Source of the DNA: Eledone cirrhosa
Taxonomy: Eukaryota
Direction: 5' to 3'
DNA: 64,000 bases
Assembly (NCBI GenBank): GCA_964016885.1
Contig: OZ024751.1
Coordinates: forward strand, 39,122,001-39,186,000
Shown in pieces: positions 42,427-54,515 of this stretch (positions are counted from its first letter, which is position 1; every line of letters begins with the position of its first letter). A program made the translations under genes and the position numbers. A model generated the notes under the pieces. It searched no databases. It was not told the origin of the DNA and saw nothing but the letters and a program-made list of their open reading frames with translations.

Positions 42427-45400
42427 TATTTCTTTTATTTGCCACTAGGGCATCAAAAGTGGGACAAGTACAAAGGGGGGAGTTTACACAAAAAGGCGTC
42501 CTCAATAAGGAGGAGGCAATAACAAAATATAAAAATAAAATAAGATATAACAAAAAATAAAATTTTTAACAAAATCCTCAATAGAGAGGAGGCGCCTTGG
42601 GGGGTCGCACACACCCCCGAAAAAAGTGTGCAACCCTTCTCCTCAGGAGCTCAGAGAAGGGGTGCTCCCTTGGTCTTTCATCTTCCTCACCTATAGTCTG
42701 ATGTAGAGTGAAGGCCCATTCACACGGGCCATTCTCGCCACTTTCACCCATCTTTCATAGAAACGGCTGGGGTGCAGCACCTCTCTCTCCATCCTGATCC
42801 TTCTTCCGAAATGATATCGGAAGAAACGGACCAGTTGTTGGCCAGAGAGAAAGGTGCCTGACCTCAGTCCTTTCAGACGCGTCCACCATACAACCTCTTT
42901 CGCCATGGCTATTACGCACAGAAACACCGCCTCTGCTTCATCTTTGAAGGGGGGAGGCGGCTTGATCATTACAATAGACTCGGTGGTCAACCGGATCGGT
43001 CCCACCCTTGACAGCAGTTGTTCGACATAGCCCCACAGATCGGCTACGCCCGAGCAGTGTACCAATGCGTGTGCAACGGTTTCCTCGTCGCACACGCATC
43101 TGGGACAGATCTTTTTGGCGGGGTCCCTACCCGGGCGCCCGTGTCTGTAGAGCCTTTCTCGAACGGGTAAAGCCCCTCGGTAGCACTGCCAGGCCAGGGA
43201 CTTCTGGAAGTTGTCCATAGGTCCCGGGCTGAATGTCCTACCGAACAGGCTGGCCAGTTCGTCCTCCTCCATGTCTAGGGCTTCTCCGAGGGCGTCGTCG
43301 CACCTGCTGCGTACCAGCCCTCTATAGAATGTTGCGGTGGAGTCTCCACTGATAACCGGATCCGCCTGCCAGAGGGCGGTGAGCGCCTGGGCACACTCAG
43401 TGTGCCAGGCGCCCAGTTTTCTCGGTCTTTGCTTGACCCAGGATTGCAGCTCGGTGAGTGAGACGAGTCTGGGAAAGGTTCGCCTCACAAACGAGGCCCA
43501 CACCGGTTGTCCGGTGAGGAATACGTAGAGGTGCCGTAGCCTTAATGCGTGTTTACGCATCATTAGCCACGGCATCCCCAGCCCTCCTTTCGAAGGGTGT
43601 TGACAGCAGATGGATCTCCTCACCATAGGAGCCCGCCTCTTCCAAAGGAATTGGAAGAGCGCGCGCTCCATCTTGGTGAGGGTTTCCCTTGGGCAGGGCA
43701 CTACGGTCAGGCGGTAGTAGATGACGGACGCTATGTAGGTGTTCGCCACCTCCGCCCGACCTTTCAGGGATAGTTTGCAACTGGCCCACTTCTGGGTCAG
43801 TGCAAACACCCTGTTCGTAACCTCCGCCCAGTTTTTCTCCACCTGGAGGTCCGGTCCGAACCAGACCCCGAGCAACTTCACCGGGCCCTCCGTCCAGCGT
43901 CCGACGACGCCATCGGAGGGCATCGGTCTGCCCCTCCACGTGCCGAGTTGCAAACCGATCGACTTGTCCCGGTTCAGCTTAGCCCCTGTGAACTTTTCGT
44001 ACTCCTCCAGTAAGGTGCCGACCGCCTCGATTTCGGAGGCCGTCGACACCATTACTGTCACGTCATCGGCGTAGGCCGACACCGCTTTCCGCAATCCCGG
44101 TTCCAAAGGGATGCCCTGCAACAACTCCAACTTCCGCAGTAGTGGCTCGAGAGTCAACACATACAGAAGGGAGGAGAGAGGGCACCCCTGTCGGATGGAC
44201 CGCGCGATTTTGAACGGCTCCGAGAGGTAGCCGTTCACCTTGACCCTAGAGCAGATGCGGCTGCTGTGCATAGCAGTGATCCAGCCCCTGAAAACGGGTC
44301 CGAAGCCTGCCGCCGCTAGCACCGCATCCAGGTAACCATGGTCGACCCTATCGAACGCCTTAGATTGATCCAAGTTGATCAGAGCCCCACCAAAGCCGGG
44401 TTCGTTCCCAACCCTCTCTATGATGTATCGCATGAGGTGGAGGTTGTCATGGATGGACCTGGACGGGATAGCGCATGTCTGCGCATCTCCCACCAGGTTG
44501 CCCACGACAAGCGCCAACCTCTTTGCTAGCACCTTGGCCAAAATCTGTAACTCTGTATTTAGCAGAGTTATGGGCCTGAAGTTACTTATTTCGTCCCCCT
44601 TGTTCTCGTCCTTCCTCACTAGCGTGACTACGCCCTTGGTCACAGTACAGGGAATTCTCCCATTCTGTTGCCAGTTGCAGTAGACCGCCTCGAGGAGATC
44701 GGGGAACAAGTCCGGCATAGCTAGATATAATTCGTAAGGAAGACCATCGAGACCCGGGGATTTGCGTTTGCCGCATTGGCTCAGCACGTCCTCTATCTCA
44801 GCGGCCGAAATCGGCTCCTCGCAGGACTTCGCCTCCCTGTCCGAGAGGCGCGGCAGGCCGTCGAGGTATGGACCGAAGTCCACGTTCCCAACCGGCTCCC
44901 CGCCCCTCCCGAACAGTCGGGCAAAGTGCCTTTGAAAGGCCTCACACATCTGCTTAGGCTCAAGAATCGCCCGTCCATCCAGGTCTCGCAAAGACCGGAT
45001 GGTGGATTTAGTTCCACTGTTGGCCTCTGTCACGCGGGCCCAGCTAACAGCTTTGGTCCCCTCGTTCCCTAGAGCACGTATTTTACTTCGGACAACGCAG
45101 CCTTCGTGCTTCGCGTCGAAAAACTGGCTCAAAGCCGTTCTCGACGCTAGCACTCTGGCCACGTCGCCGCTTCTAATTGCCTCTTCTACTCTATCTATTA
45201 GCTCCCTTTCCTGCCTATTCCTATCCGCAGCTAGAACCTTACTAAATTCTATCGAGACTACTCTAATCTCTCTCTTTAGAGATACCCACCACCTGCTGTT
45301 GACGATCGCTCCAGTCAACCGTTCCTTAACTAACGTACTAATCCGATTCCTGTAGGCTCCACTTGCCGGCAAGGACAAGTTGAGCTTCCAGTAACCGGGG

Positions 45401-46619
45401 CCCTGTCTATGAGTTCTGTCAAGGTTGACCATGCAGGTCACTAATTTGTGGTCTGAATAGCCAACCATGCGCATTTTTGGACAACTTAAAAAGTCCTTAT
45501 CCTTAATTCTAACTAAGAACCTATCTAGGTACGACCTAGATGATCCGCTACGATTTGCCCAAGTCCAGGTTGGCGCAGTCGGAAAATCTAGTCGATATCT
45601 ATCGGCCAGGTCAAATCGACCGATTAACCCTTTGAGGCTATTACACCCCTCTCTATCGGGGCAGGCCCCTACGTAGTCCCAGCGTGCATCTAGGATACCA
45701 TTCCAGTCCCCCACTAATAGCAAGGAGCGGGACGTCCCCAGAAAAGTCTCCAGACGATGGAAGAAGTCCGGCCGCATTGACCCGAAAGGGCCGTAGGCGG
45801 CTACCAACCTAAACGCTCCGCCTTTACCACTGCCAAGGTCCAGAACCACTAGTCGACCCTCCGGGTCCAAATGTACCATCTGTGTTGCGAGACCCAGATG
45901 TTTTTGCAGCAGAACGACAACTCCACCCCCACCTCCGGGCTGACAGAGAGATGCGTGCATCTCAAAGTCATCAAAGGTGGGGGCCAGCTGTCGCACGTTG
46001 CTGATCCGGGCCTCGCAAATAACCATCACATCTATACGTTGTGACCTGAGGTCATTTAGAAGCATTGCTTGCTTCCAAGTTGAGCCCAGGCCACGCGCAT
46101 TTAAACAGCCTACTCTTAGCATAGCCATGTTGGTAGTGAAGAGAAAAGGCACTTACCTCTCTGCGTCCCGGGTATCGGGCTGCACAATTTCCATTAGGGT
46201 GGGGGATGGGTTGTTGGGTGGGGTGGTGGTTTGTGGAAGTGTGGGGGCATCAGTGTGATGTGTGGTTGGGGAGCTTGGAGTTGTGTGGGTGTTTGGGGAG
46301 GGGGTGGGATAGTGTTTTAGGAGGACGCGGTTAATGGGCCCGACGCAGGGGGGACCCACGTCCTCTTTAAAATTGTTTTTTAAAGTTTTATAGGTGTCCT
46401 GTGGGGCCTTAATCATTTTGAGGTGGGGGAAATCCCCTGCCTGGGTGAAGTTAGGCCCTTGTGTTTTTATTAGATTGTTGTTGTACACAATGTTTAACAG
46501 TTTTTTGTTTCTTGTATTTATGTATGTGTATGCATGTTTTTGTTTTTGTGTGGTGTTTTTTGTTTGCTGTTGTTGTGAGCTCTTTTGTGTTGGTGTCAGT
46601 GTTATGTTTTGGGGAGGGG
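42427..46619 (-). mobile_element. Tx1-like non-LTR retrotransposon, 5'-truncated, inserted in (GATA)n
   Basis: GC-rich block with ORF1 remnant, ORF2 and ~260-bp 3'UTR ending AATAAAAGAAATA. GATAAATAGATA on both sides (42415-42426 and 46620-46631) is a candidate TSD. Confidence 0.9.
42691..46128 (-). CDS. L1/Tx1-clade LINE ORF2: AP endonuclease + reverse transcriptase + C-terminal Cys/His (zf-RVT-like) domain, ~1145 aa, intact
   Basis: Uninterrupted ORF with first ATG at 46128. APE motifs LNARGL, GDWN, SYLDRF, YSDH; RT motifs KSPGLDG, FRPITLLN, LDQSKAFDRVDH, RQGCPLS, YADD; PGYWKLN linker typical of L1/Tx1; C-terminal CPRC..ETVAHALVHC. Confidence 0.96.
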   Translation of the reverse strand: MAMLRVGCLNARGLGSTWKQAMLLNDLRSQRIDVMVICEARISNVRQLAPTFDDFEMHASLCQPGGGGGVVVLLQKHLGLATQMVHLDPEGRLVVLDLGSGKGGAFRLVAAYGPFGSMRPDFFHRLETFLGTSRSLLLVGDWNGILDARWDYVGACPDREGCNSLKGLIGRFDLADRYRLDFPTAPTWTWANRSGSSRSYLDRFLVRIKDKDFLSCPKMRMVGYSDHKLVTCMVNLDRTHRQGPGYWKLNLSLPASGAYRNRISTLVKERLTGAIVNSRWWVSLKREIRVVSIEFSKVLAADRNRQERELIDRVEEAIRSGDVARVLASRTALSQFFDAKHEGCVVRSKIRALGNEGTKAVSWARVTEANSGTKSTIRSLRDLDGRAILEPKQMCEAFQRHFARLFGRGGEPVGNVDFGPYLDGLPRLSDREAKSCEEPISAAEIEDVLSQCGKRKSPGLDGLPYELYLAMPDLFPDLLEAVYCNWQQNGRIPCTVTKGVVTLVRKDENKGDEISNFRPITLLNTELQILAKVLAKRLALVVGNLVGDAQTCAIPSRSIHDNLHLMRYIIERVGNEPGFGGALINLDQSKAFDRVDHGYLDAVLAAAGFGPVFRGWITAMHSSRICSRVKVNGYLSEPFKIARSIRQGCPLSSLLYVLTLEPLLRKLELLQGIPLEPGLRKAVSAYADDVTVMVSTASEIEAVGTLLEEYEKFTGAKLNRDKSIGLQLGTWRGRPMPSDGVVGRWTEGPVKLLGVWFGPDLQVEKNWAEVTNRVFALTQKWASCKLSLKGRAEVANTYIASVIYYRLTVVPCPRETLTKMERALFQFLWKRRAPMVRRSICCQHPSKGGLGMPWLMMRKHALRLRHLYVFLTGQPVWASFVRRTFPRLVSLTELQSWVKQRPRKLGAWHTECAQALTALWQADPVISGDSTATFYRGLVRSRCDDALGEALDMEEDELASLFGRTFSPGPMDNFQKSLAWQCYRGALPVRERLYRHGRPGRDPAKKICPRCVCDEETVAHALVHCSGVADLWGYVEQLLSRVGPIRLTTESIVMIKPPPPFKDEAEAVFLCVIAMAKEVVWWTRLKGLRSGTFLSGQQLVRFFRYHFGRRIRMEREVLHPSRFYERWVKVARMARVNGPSLYIRL

Positions 46620-46620
46620 G
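46153..46620 (-). pseudogene. C-terminal remnant of LINE ORF1 (5'-truncated)
   Basis: Frame is open with no stop from the insertion junction (46620) to TAA at 46153-46155, just upstream of ORF2 (PPPQNITL...FKEDVGPPCVGP...DAER*). No start codon at the junction. Confidence 0.7.
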
Positions 46621-46624
46621 ATAA

Positions 46625-46657
<33 letters not shown>

Positions 46658-46658
46658 T

Positions 46659-46718
<60 letters not shown>

Positions 46719-46723
46719 GATAA

Positions 46724-46794
<71 letters not shown>

Positions 46795-46845
46795 TGTTTC
46801 TAGACACAGAGAGAGTGACAGACAAAGAGAGAGAGTGAGAAAGAA

Positions 46846-46917
<72 letters not shown>
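46620..46917. repeat. (GATA)n microsatellite, LINE target
   Basis: Direct reading. Confidence 0.96.
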
Positions 46918-48279
46918 TGAATTTATAAATGAATCGAACTGTGACTGAAATCTGTAGTGTAGATTTCACTGGTCAGGGAACCTCCATCCATTGTATGGCA
47001 ATTGATATCAATAAGGAAATATGTTTTAGCATATATGTATTTCTTTTTACCTTTGATATAACAAAGAAGGATTCGTCTGCCTACAAATGCCACAGCCAGG
47101 TAGAGTAATCTTAATCTATTTACAAACAATTCTACATCAAAATTGTAAGTGTACCGACGTAAACTTGTTATCTCAGAAAAACCCGCCTCCATGTGTCGTG
47201 TGAATAGATTGAGGCTCAAAACCTTCTCTCTGGAAATATACTGATAAACTCAGTGGGAATCTTTGTACCTTTGTGTAAAAGGAGAATTGTCCTCTCAGAT
47301 TGTATAACCTCTCTAGTGTAAACAGAGCAAAATTATCAGTACTTGGGGTTGTATAAGTTCGGGCCTCTAAAATTGTATAACCTCTCTAGTGTAAACAGAG
47401 CAAAATTATCAGTAATTGGGGTTGTAGAAGATCGGGCCTGTAAAAAAAAGCCAGAAACGGTAGACTCTGTTGGACAAAAGCTTAGAAATACTGAATGTTA
47501 TTTTGTTATCATCGAGAAAAATATATTTTTACACAATCAGATAGCTTTCACCATTAGATAACTGATACATCAAAGAAATAGTAAGGAGCCGTCAGATTAC
47601 ACAAAAAAAAACAGTCTGTCCATTGTTCTTTCTGTTGTAGATGGAGACTTCGGTGGTGATAGAGCTTACAACAATTGTATGGCGTTGTGTTCACATTGAG
47701 AAAATGTCGGCTGACACAAACAAATTGCTACCTACCTTTATGGCAGTCTAAGACGACGGCATGTGATAAAATTGCCGCGAAGACGTCATTTCTTCTTTGG
47801 AATTATATTGATAAATTCTGTGGAAATTAAACTCATAAATCATGGCAATCCAATTGAAATATTTTACACTTTAACATGGTTTGCGTCCATCATTCTGTGA
47901 ATATTAATTAGTGTTGGAATATGATAGTGATCAGTGAGACTGCGGCAATATGTGTGTAAGTCTTCGCTTCGTCTATGTATGTATACATGTATCTGTATTT
48001 ATATGTCTAAATATATGTATACGCACACACACATATACATATATATATATATATATATAGTCACGTGTGTATATGTGTGCGTTTCTAATATATCATACAC
48101 TGCTGCTAATCTGGTGGCGATGGTAGTGTAGCAATAGTAAGTGTGACGTTAGAACAATGGATTATAGTAATTTATAATATTGTATTAATGTATTTCTACA
48201 TCCAGGTTTCAAATCCCTCTCAAGTAATATTTGCCTTTTTTTCTTGTCATATTTATTTAGAGGAGTTATGCCTGAAACT

Positions 48280-48967
48280 TTTGTATGACAATATATCTAT
48301 CAAAGAAATAAAGAAATTATCCAAATATAAAGATCTAGAGGTAGAAATAATAGATGCTCTGGAAACTGTAAAATCGCATTCAAACATAAACAATATCCCA
48401 GGTCTTACAAATATATACAGTATATAGAAAATACCCCAGGACTTACAAATATATACACTATATAGAAAATACCACAGGACTTACAAATATATACTCTATA
48501 TAGAAAATACCACAGGACTTACAAATATATACTCTATATAGAAAATACCACAGGACTTACAAATATATACTCTATATAGAAAATACCACAGGACTTACAA
48601 ATATATACTCTATATAGAAAATACCACAGGACTTACAAATATATACAGTATATAGAAAATACCCCAGGACTTACAAATATATACTCTATATAGAAAATAC
48701 CCCAGGACTTACAAATATATACTCTATATAGAAAATACCACAGGATTACAAATATATACAGTATATAGAAAATACCCCAGGACTTACAAATATATACTCT
48801 ATATAGAAAATACCCCAGGACTTACAAATATATACACTATATAGAAAATACCACAGGACTTACAAATATATACTCTATATAGAAAATACCACAGGACTTA
48901 CAAATATATATAGAAAATACCACTGCTTGGCACTGAATACATATTACGGAAAGTACTGTCAATATAA
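48280..48967 (+). mobile_element. Degenerate 3' end of a second RLE-type (R4/Dong-like) LINE, interrupted by a minisatellite
   Basis: Reads NISIKEIKKLSKYKDLEVEI...NIPGLTNIYSI before the array and KIPLLGTEYILRKVLSI* after it, followed by an (AAC)n tail. Confidence 0.75.
48397..48921 (+). repeat. 38-bp minisatellite, ~14 copies
   Basis: Unit CACAGGACTTACAAATATATACTCTATATAGAAAATAC repeated in tandem. Confidence 0.95.
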
Positions 48968-49057
48968 TAACAACAACAACAGCAAAACCAACTCTACACG
49001 TATACAAGACACAAAGCTCTGTTCAGTAATGCAGTGACAGCACGCAATAAAACTATG

Positions 49058-49122
<65 letters not shown>

Positions 49123-49729
49123 CAACAGCAGCAGCATATTGTCCTATATACATATATTGACGAAAGCTTATATTGAAAGATTTGAAAATGTAGGACGTAT
49201 ATTTTGTTTTGTCTGAAAAGTTCAACGAGTTGGAGAATATGATCCAATATATATGGATTGACCTATTGCTATTTGATGGTGAAATAGCATAGCGTGGTGC
49301 GCATGACAAATAAAAACGTCCGGTCGTATATCACTAACATAACCAACCAGGCTTTCCTTTTATCACGAAATATAAGTGAATTATGTCTAGTGTTAACAAA
49401 GCAGACGTCGTTCGTTTCATTTTATCCTTCATTTTTTTCCCTCCCGAATTAAGCACAGATGTAGCTTGACCCGTCTTTCTCATCTTCCTTTGTGTTCTTC
49501 TTTAACGCTTCTACCTCTTTTTTTTTCTCTCATTTCCTTCACTCTCCTTCGACAAAAAATTTCATCTACATAAATATTATCATAAAACCGCTGAGATTTA
49601 TAAATAGCCGCGTATATATGAATATATTCATGTATTCATGTATATAATATATTTAAATATACGCACGCCACACGTCAACATATTCGTCTCTGTATATAAA
49701 TACATATATATAGTTACATATATATATAG

Positions 49730-49831
<102 letters not shown>

Positions 49832-49894
49832 AGAGAAGAGAGAGCGAATGCATAGATATATAGACAGACAGATGGATAGATGTATATATGCGTA

Positions 49895-49960
<66 letters not shown>

Positions 49961-50359
49961 TAAATATTTGAGTGTGTGTATATGTATATGTATATGTGTG
50001 TGTATATATGTGTGTGTGTACGTCTGTCATTACGTGGGATGGGCAGGGGTGATTTGTACTAAGGAAATCTGAGGTAGATAATCTCATCCAACAATTATAT
50101 ATGTTCTACACACTAACCTCTTCCCGCCTTATTCACATATATTCTAACAAAGAAACTACCGTCCTGTCTCAGATGTGATGGACTATAGGCGACACTCCAC
50201 CATGTTCTTTGTCTTTATAGTATTTTGAAGCGAGCTGATTAAATACTTTTTGTATTACTCCAGTGAAAGATCATCCAGCCAATTGATATTACTAGAAAGA
50301 GCAACCAAATCTACCTCAAACCGCACCCTACGCTCTTAAAAATTGTAGAACACATTGTG

Positions 50360-50456
<97 letters not shown>

Positions 50457-50458
<2 letters not shown>

Positions 50459-50672
50459 CCGATAGTGCTTCTTGTAGCTTTACTTGCCCTGATGAGTCCT
50501 TAATAGGACGAAACATTGTTGGCTAATAAAGACTTTTGATTTATTGAAGGATTCTTTGGTTTATTTTTTATAATTCTTCGGCTCTGTTTAATTACATTGA
50601 GCTACATCTTATACTGTCATTACTATAATATGAAGAGCGTGTTTAACTCCAACACACTCTAGTATTTTAATT

Positions 50673-50676
<4 letters not shown>
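50457..50676 (+). mobile_element. 220-bp hammerhead-bearing insert in (TA)n
   Basis: Bounded by long TA runs; hammerhead at 50486 followed by AATAAA. Confidence 0.65.
50486..50523 (+). ncRNA. Minimal type I hammerhead ribozyme motif
   Basis: GCC-CTGATGA-GTCCT(TAAT)AGGAC-GAAAC-ATT-GTT-GGC followed by AATAAA; canonical core and 5-bp stem II. Confidence 0.85.
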
Positions 50677-50730
<54 letters not shown>

Positions 50731-50737
<7 letters not shown>

Positions 50738-50880
50738 GAAAAAGTGGAGAATAACATGCTCAACAATACAAAAAAGGAGATTTATTTTTAGACAACTTTA
50801 TCAGTGTAACAATTGTTAGACTGTAAATAAATCCCTTTTTTGTACTGTTGTCCATGTTATTCTCCACTTTTTCAATTATA
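50731..50880. repeat. Inverted repeat (~55-60-bp arms) next to (TA)n
   Basis: TATAATTGAAAAAGTGGAGAATAACATG.. / ..CATGTTATTCTCCACTTTTTCAATTATA. Confidence 0.88.
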
Positions 50881-51055
50881 TTACTCCAAGATAAACTTAC
50901 ATAGAAATACAAGTGAAATCATAAACTCGTGATCCACGTAAACCTCTTGTTGAGTCATACGACGCCGTACGCTCAAACTATCCATGATAAGAAGTATTCA
51001 CAACCTCTAATTGGATTACCTATAACGATAACTTGTTATCCCCTCTCTCCCTCTC

Positions 51056-51215
<160 letters not shown>

Positions 51216-51220
51216 TATAT

Positions 51221-51494
51221 GTAGATAAATCTACCAAAATATACGGTAGTGTCCAATCCGTATGAAGAACTTAATGTAATCCAAATATCGTGAAAAATTT
51301 TCGATGAAAATCATAGGAAAACAGAGTTAAGATAAATTAATAAAGACAATGAATAAAAACAAAGAACGAGTTCCTTATATTAATAAATTCATCATTTTAC
51401 GATCGTTTCTAGGATATATATGTGTGTTGGTATGTATATGATATAGATCACACATAGATATCCTAGAAACGATTGTTTTTATTCATTGTCTTTA

Positions 51495-51500
<6 letters not shown>
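51221..51500 (-). mobile_element. (TA)n-inserted element, family C, with fold-back
   Basis: Reverse-complement homolog of 61491-61797; 51457-51500 is an internally deleted inverted copy of ~51335-51420. Confidence 0.7.
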
Positions 51501-51566
<66 letters not shown>

Positions 51567-51570
<4 letters not shown>

Positions 51571-51715
51571 CGATATTAATAAATGGAAACTATATTTATA
51601 AAACCATATTTATTTCATTATATATATTTCAAGGATACCAAGTTACATTATGGTATGCCTTCATCAGACAAAATACAATATATAACAGTTTTATAAATAA
51701 ACATTGACGTACCCC
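51567..51715 (-). mobile_element. Family A copy with hammerhead
   Basis: Reverse complement of ~61893-62042. Confidence 0.7.
51611..51675 (-). ncRNA. Type I hammerhead ribozyme motif
   Basis: Minus strand: TATTTTGT-CTGATGA-AGGCATACCA..TGGTATCCTT-GAAA-TATATA-TA-ATGAAATA. Confidence 0.78.
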
Positions 51716-51989
51716 TTTTAAAATTGACCGTTGTTTTTGGAGGCCATCAGGATATATATATATATATATATTTAGAACATTTATTTGCTGACAATTGTTT
51801 TTTCCAGCCGGTAACCGGCTAGTACTTAGCACTACCCTCCATATTTATAATTGTATTAAAGATATATAAATATAAATATTCTTATTACTATAAATATATA
51901 TATAAAAGGTAAACAGAACTAACAACACAATCGGTAGAGTATATGGAAGGGAAATATTAAGGTTAACGCTTGATATATCAGGAAGAGGG

Positions 51990-52025
51990 TCTTATCGTTT
52001 CGGACGCTAGTCCTTCATCAGAAGA
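51990..52025 (-). ncRNA. Minimal hammerhead motif, degenerate cleavage site
   Basis: Minus strand: TCTT-CTGATGA-AGGAC(TAGC)GTCC-GAAAC-GAT-AAGA. The expected U before the cleavage site is an A. Confidence 0.65.
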
Positions 52026-52396
52026 AAGAATGAGAAATAAGATAGATTCTTCTTTTCGGGTTATAGCTATTGTCGCTCAGAGAGTTGGATTGGCTCAGTG
52101 CACAGTCTTTCCTTACTTTAAAAAATATCTTTACGCACAGGCATTGCATGATAGAATTAATTAATAATTATTAATAATGGTATATCGTGCAGTGGCCATA
52201 CTCGATAACAAGGGGGCAGACATCATTTATGTATGTAAATATGTATGTATGTATGCATGTATGTATGTATATATGTAGGTACGTATGTACATATGTATGT
52301 ATTTATATATGTATGTTATCTCTTTCTCTTAATTTCGAGTATATTTTTTTGACCGGCCACCTTCCTGGTGGCAAAGTTGTAAAAGAAAAGAAATTG

Positions 52397-53002
52397 TCAT
52401 CCCTTCAATCGCAAGAATGTTTTGCAAATGTTGATGGTGCCAGCCACCGCAGCCATTTGTAGACTATGAATTAGGGAGCTGCGCTCCCTGTCCGCAAATA
52501 CAAGTTCAGTCATACTTTGGTCGAAGCGGGTTGGTATACAACCCGTAGCTCCAATAATGATGGGTATGAAGCTAAAGGTGCATCTTGGACACTGGATCTG
52601 CAAACTCCTCATTAATGGTCCGTAGATGTACTCCTCCTGTATTTTTCTGACAACGTTTACATCAAGTGGGCAGCTGATCCCCACAGCAGAACACGTTTTC
52701 AATGTGTGGTCCCAAACAATAATATCAGGCCTGTTGTGCCCCAACTTGGTGGCAGTTTTTATTTTCAGGTTCCACCAGTATTCCTTAGTGCCATCTGTCT
52801 CAATATATTCTTCCTCGTTTGTTGTTAATTTTGATTTCCGAAGTGCGTTCCAGATGGTTCTAGCTATCCCATCGTGTCTCATGGGGAGGAAGTAGCGAGA
52901 TGACATTATTTCGCAACTGGCAACAATGTGGCTTACATCGATCTTTGTTTTACATAGCCTACATTTATTGTCAGCTACTGGCCCTCCCCTTTTGTGCAGC
53001 AT
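52397..53002 (-). mobile_element. 3' fragment of R4/Dong-like (RLE-type) non-LTR retrotransposon
   Basis: Translation has the CRLC..SHIVASC zinc knuckle, RHD motif, RPDIIVWD restriction-like endonuclease motif and PIIIGATG. Flanked by (TATG)n. Confidence 0.88.
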
Positions 53003-53413
53003 ATATTTGTATTATGTATATATGTATGTATGTACTTATATATGTCTGTATTTGTGTACGTGTGTACGTATGTATGTATTTATGTATGTATGTAAGTGTG
53101 TATATATGTAAGTATGTATCTATGCAAGTAGGTAGAAAAGTAGGGAGGTATGCCTGTATGTACGTAACATTTTCTAAATCCAACTATATGTAAGTTTGTA
53201 TATATGTTTGAATTATGTATGTATGTATGTATGTATGTATGTATGTTTGAATAATGTATGTATATATATATGTATGTAAGTATGTATATACGTATGTACG
53301 TTTGTATGTATAAATGTATCTACGTATATATGTAAGTATATATGTACGTATATATGTTGGTATGTATGTATAATGTTCTAAATCTTTTCATGTATGTGTG
53401 TATATATGTATGG

Positions 53414-53447
<34 letters not shown>

Positions 53448-53476
53448 TATATGTATGTGTATGTATATATGTATGG

Positions 53477-53529
<53 letters not shown>

Positions 53530-54149
53530 GTAGTATGATATTGCCCGAGGTCATTGTATTTATTAAGTATTTAGACACTCCTTCCGCTGCCAATAGCTCA
53601 TCTATTCACAGCCTCTGGCAAATTCGTAAGTCTAACAACGATTAAAATAATGAAATCTGCCCTGTGTACTATGATGACGTGCCGTATTCAAATTAGCATC
53701 CCAAAGGCACCTTCCACCAAACACCGTGAACATATACACACCACCATCTCACCGTTGTTATCCCCGTGGTCACCTATATCATCCACACCAACCTCATTAT
53801 CACCTATATCCTCCACAGCAACATCATGGTCACCTATATACTCCACACCAACCTTATGGTCATTTCAACAATCATCTTGGTCAGACTAGTATACTAATAT
53901 ATCACTGTAGTAGTCAGTAGGTCCACCTAAAATACCTACACCACCAAACACACTAGTATACTAGTATACTAGTATACTAGTATACCAATATCTCACTGTG
54001 ATAGTCAGCAGGTCGACCAACAACCACTCCAACACCACCATTACCACCATTATCCCTACCAACACTAACACCACCACCATCATTACCACAACAATGACTA
54101 CCAACACCACCACCAGCACCACTACCACCACCATCATTACCACTATCAC

Positions 54150-54515
54150 TACCAACACCACCACCAACAACATCATTCCCACCACCACCACCACCACATC
54201 CATTACCACCTCCATCATTACCAACACCACCAGCACCAAGCACCACCATCACCACCACCACCACCACTACTACCACCACCACCACCATTACCACCACCAC
54301 CCCCACAACTACCACCACCGCGACCATACCACCACCACCACCACCACCACATCCATCACCACCAACAACACCACCACCATTACTACCTCCATCATTACCA
54401 ACACCACCAGCACCAAGCACCACCATCACCACCACCACCACCACTACTACCACCACCACCACCATTACCACCACCACCCCCACAACTACCACCACCGCGA
54501 CCATACCACCACCAC
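54150..54515. repeat. 180-bp tandem duplication in (ACC)n-rich DNA
   Basis: CAGCACCAAGCACC..CGCGACCATACC recurs with a ~177-180-bp offset. Confidence 0.85.

Noticed and set aside
43008-46258. Short ORFs overlapping LINE ORF2 on either strand
   Set aside because: Shadow ORFs of a GC-rich coding sequence.
47300-47415. ~45-bp direct duplication at ~72-bp spacing; similar ~140-bp-spaced pair at 26325-26520
   Set aside because: Ordinary local duplications with no further structure.
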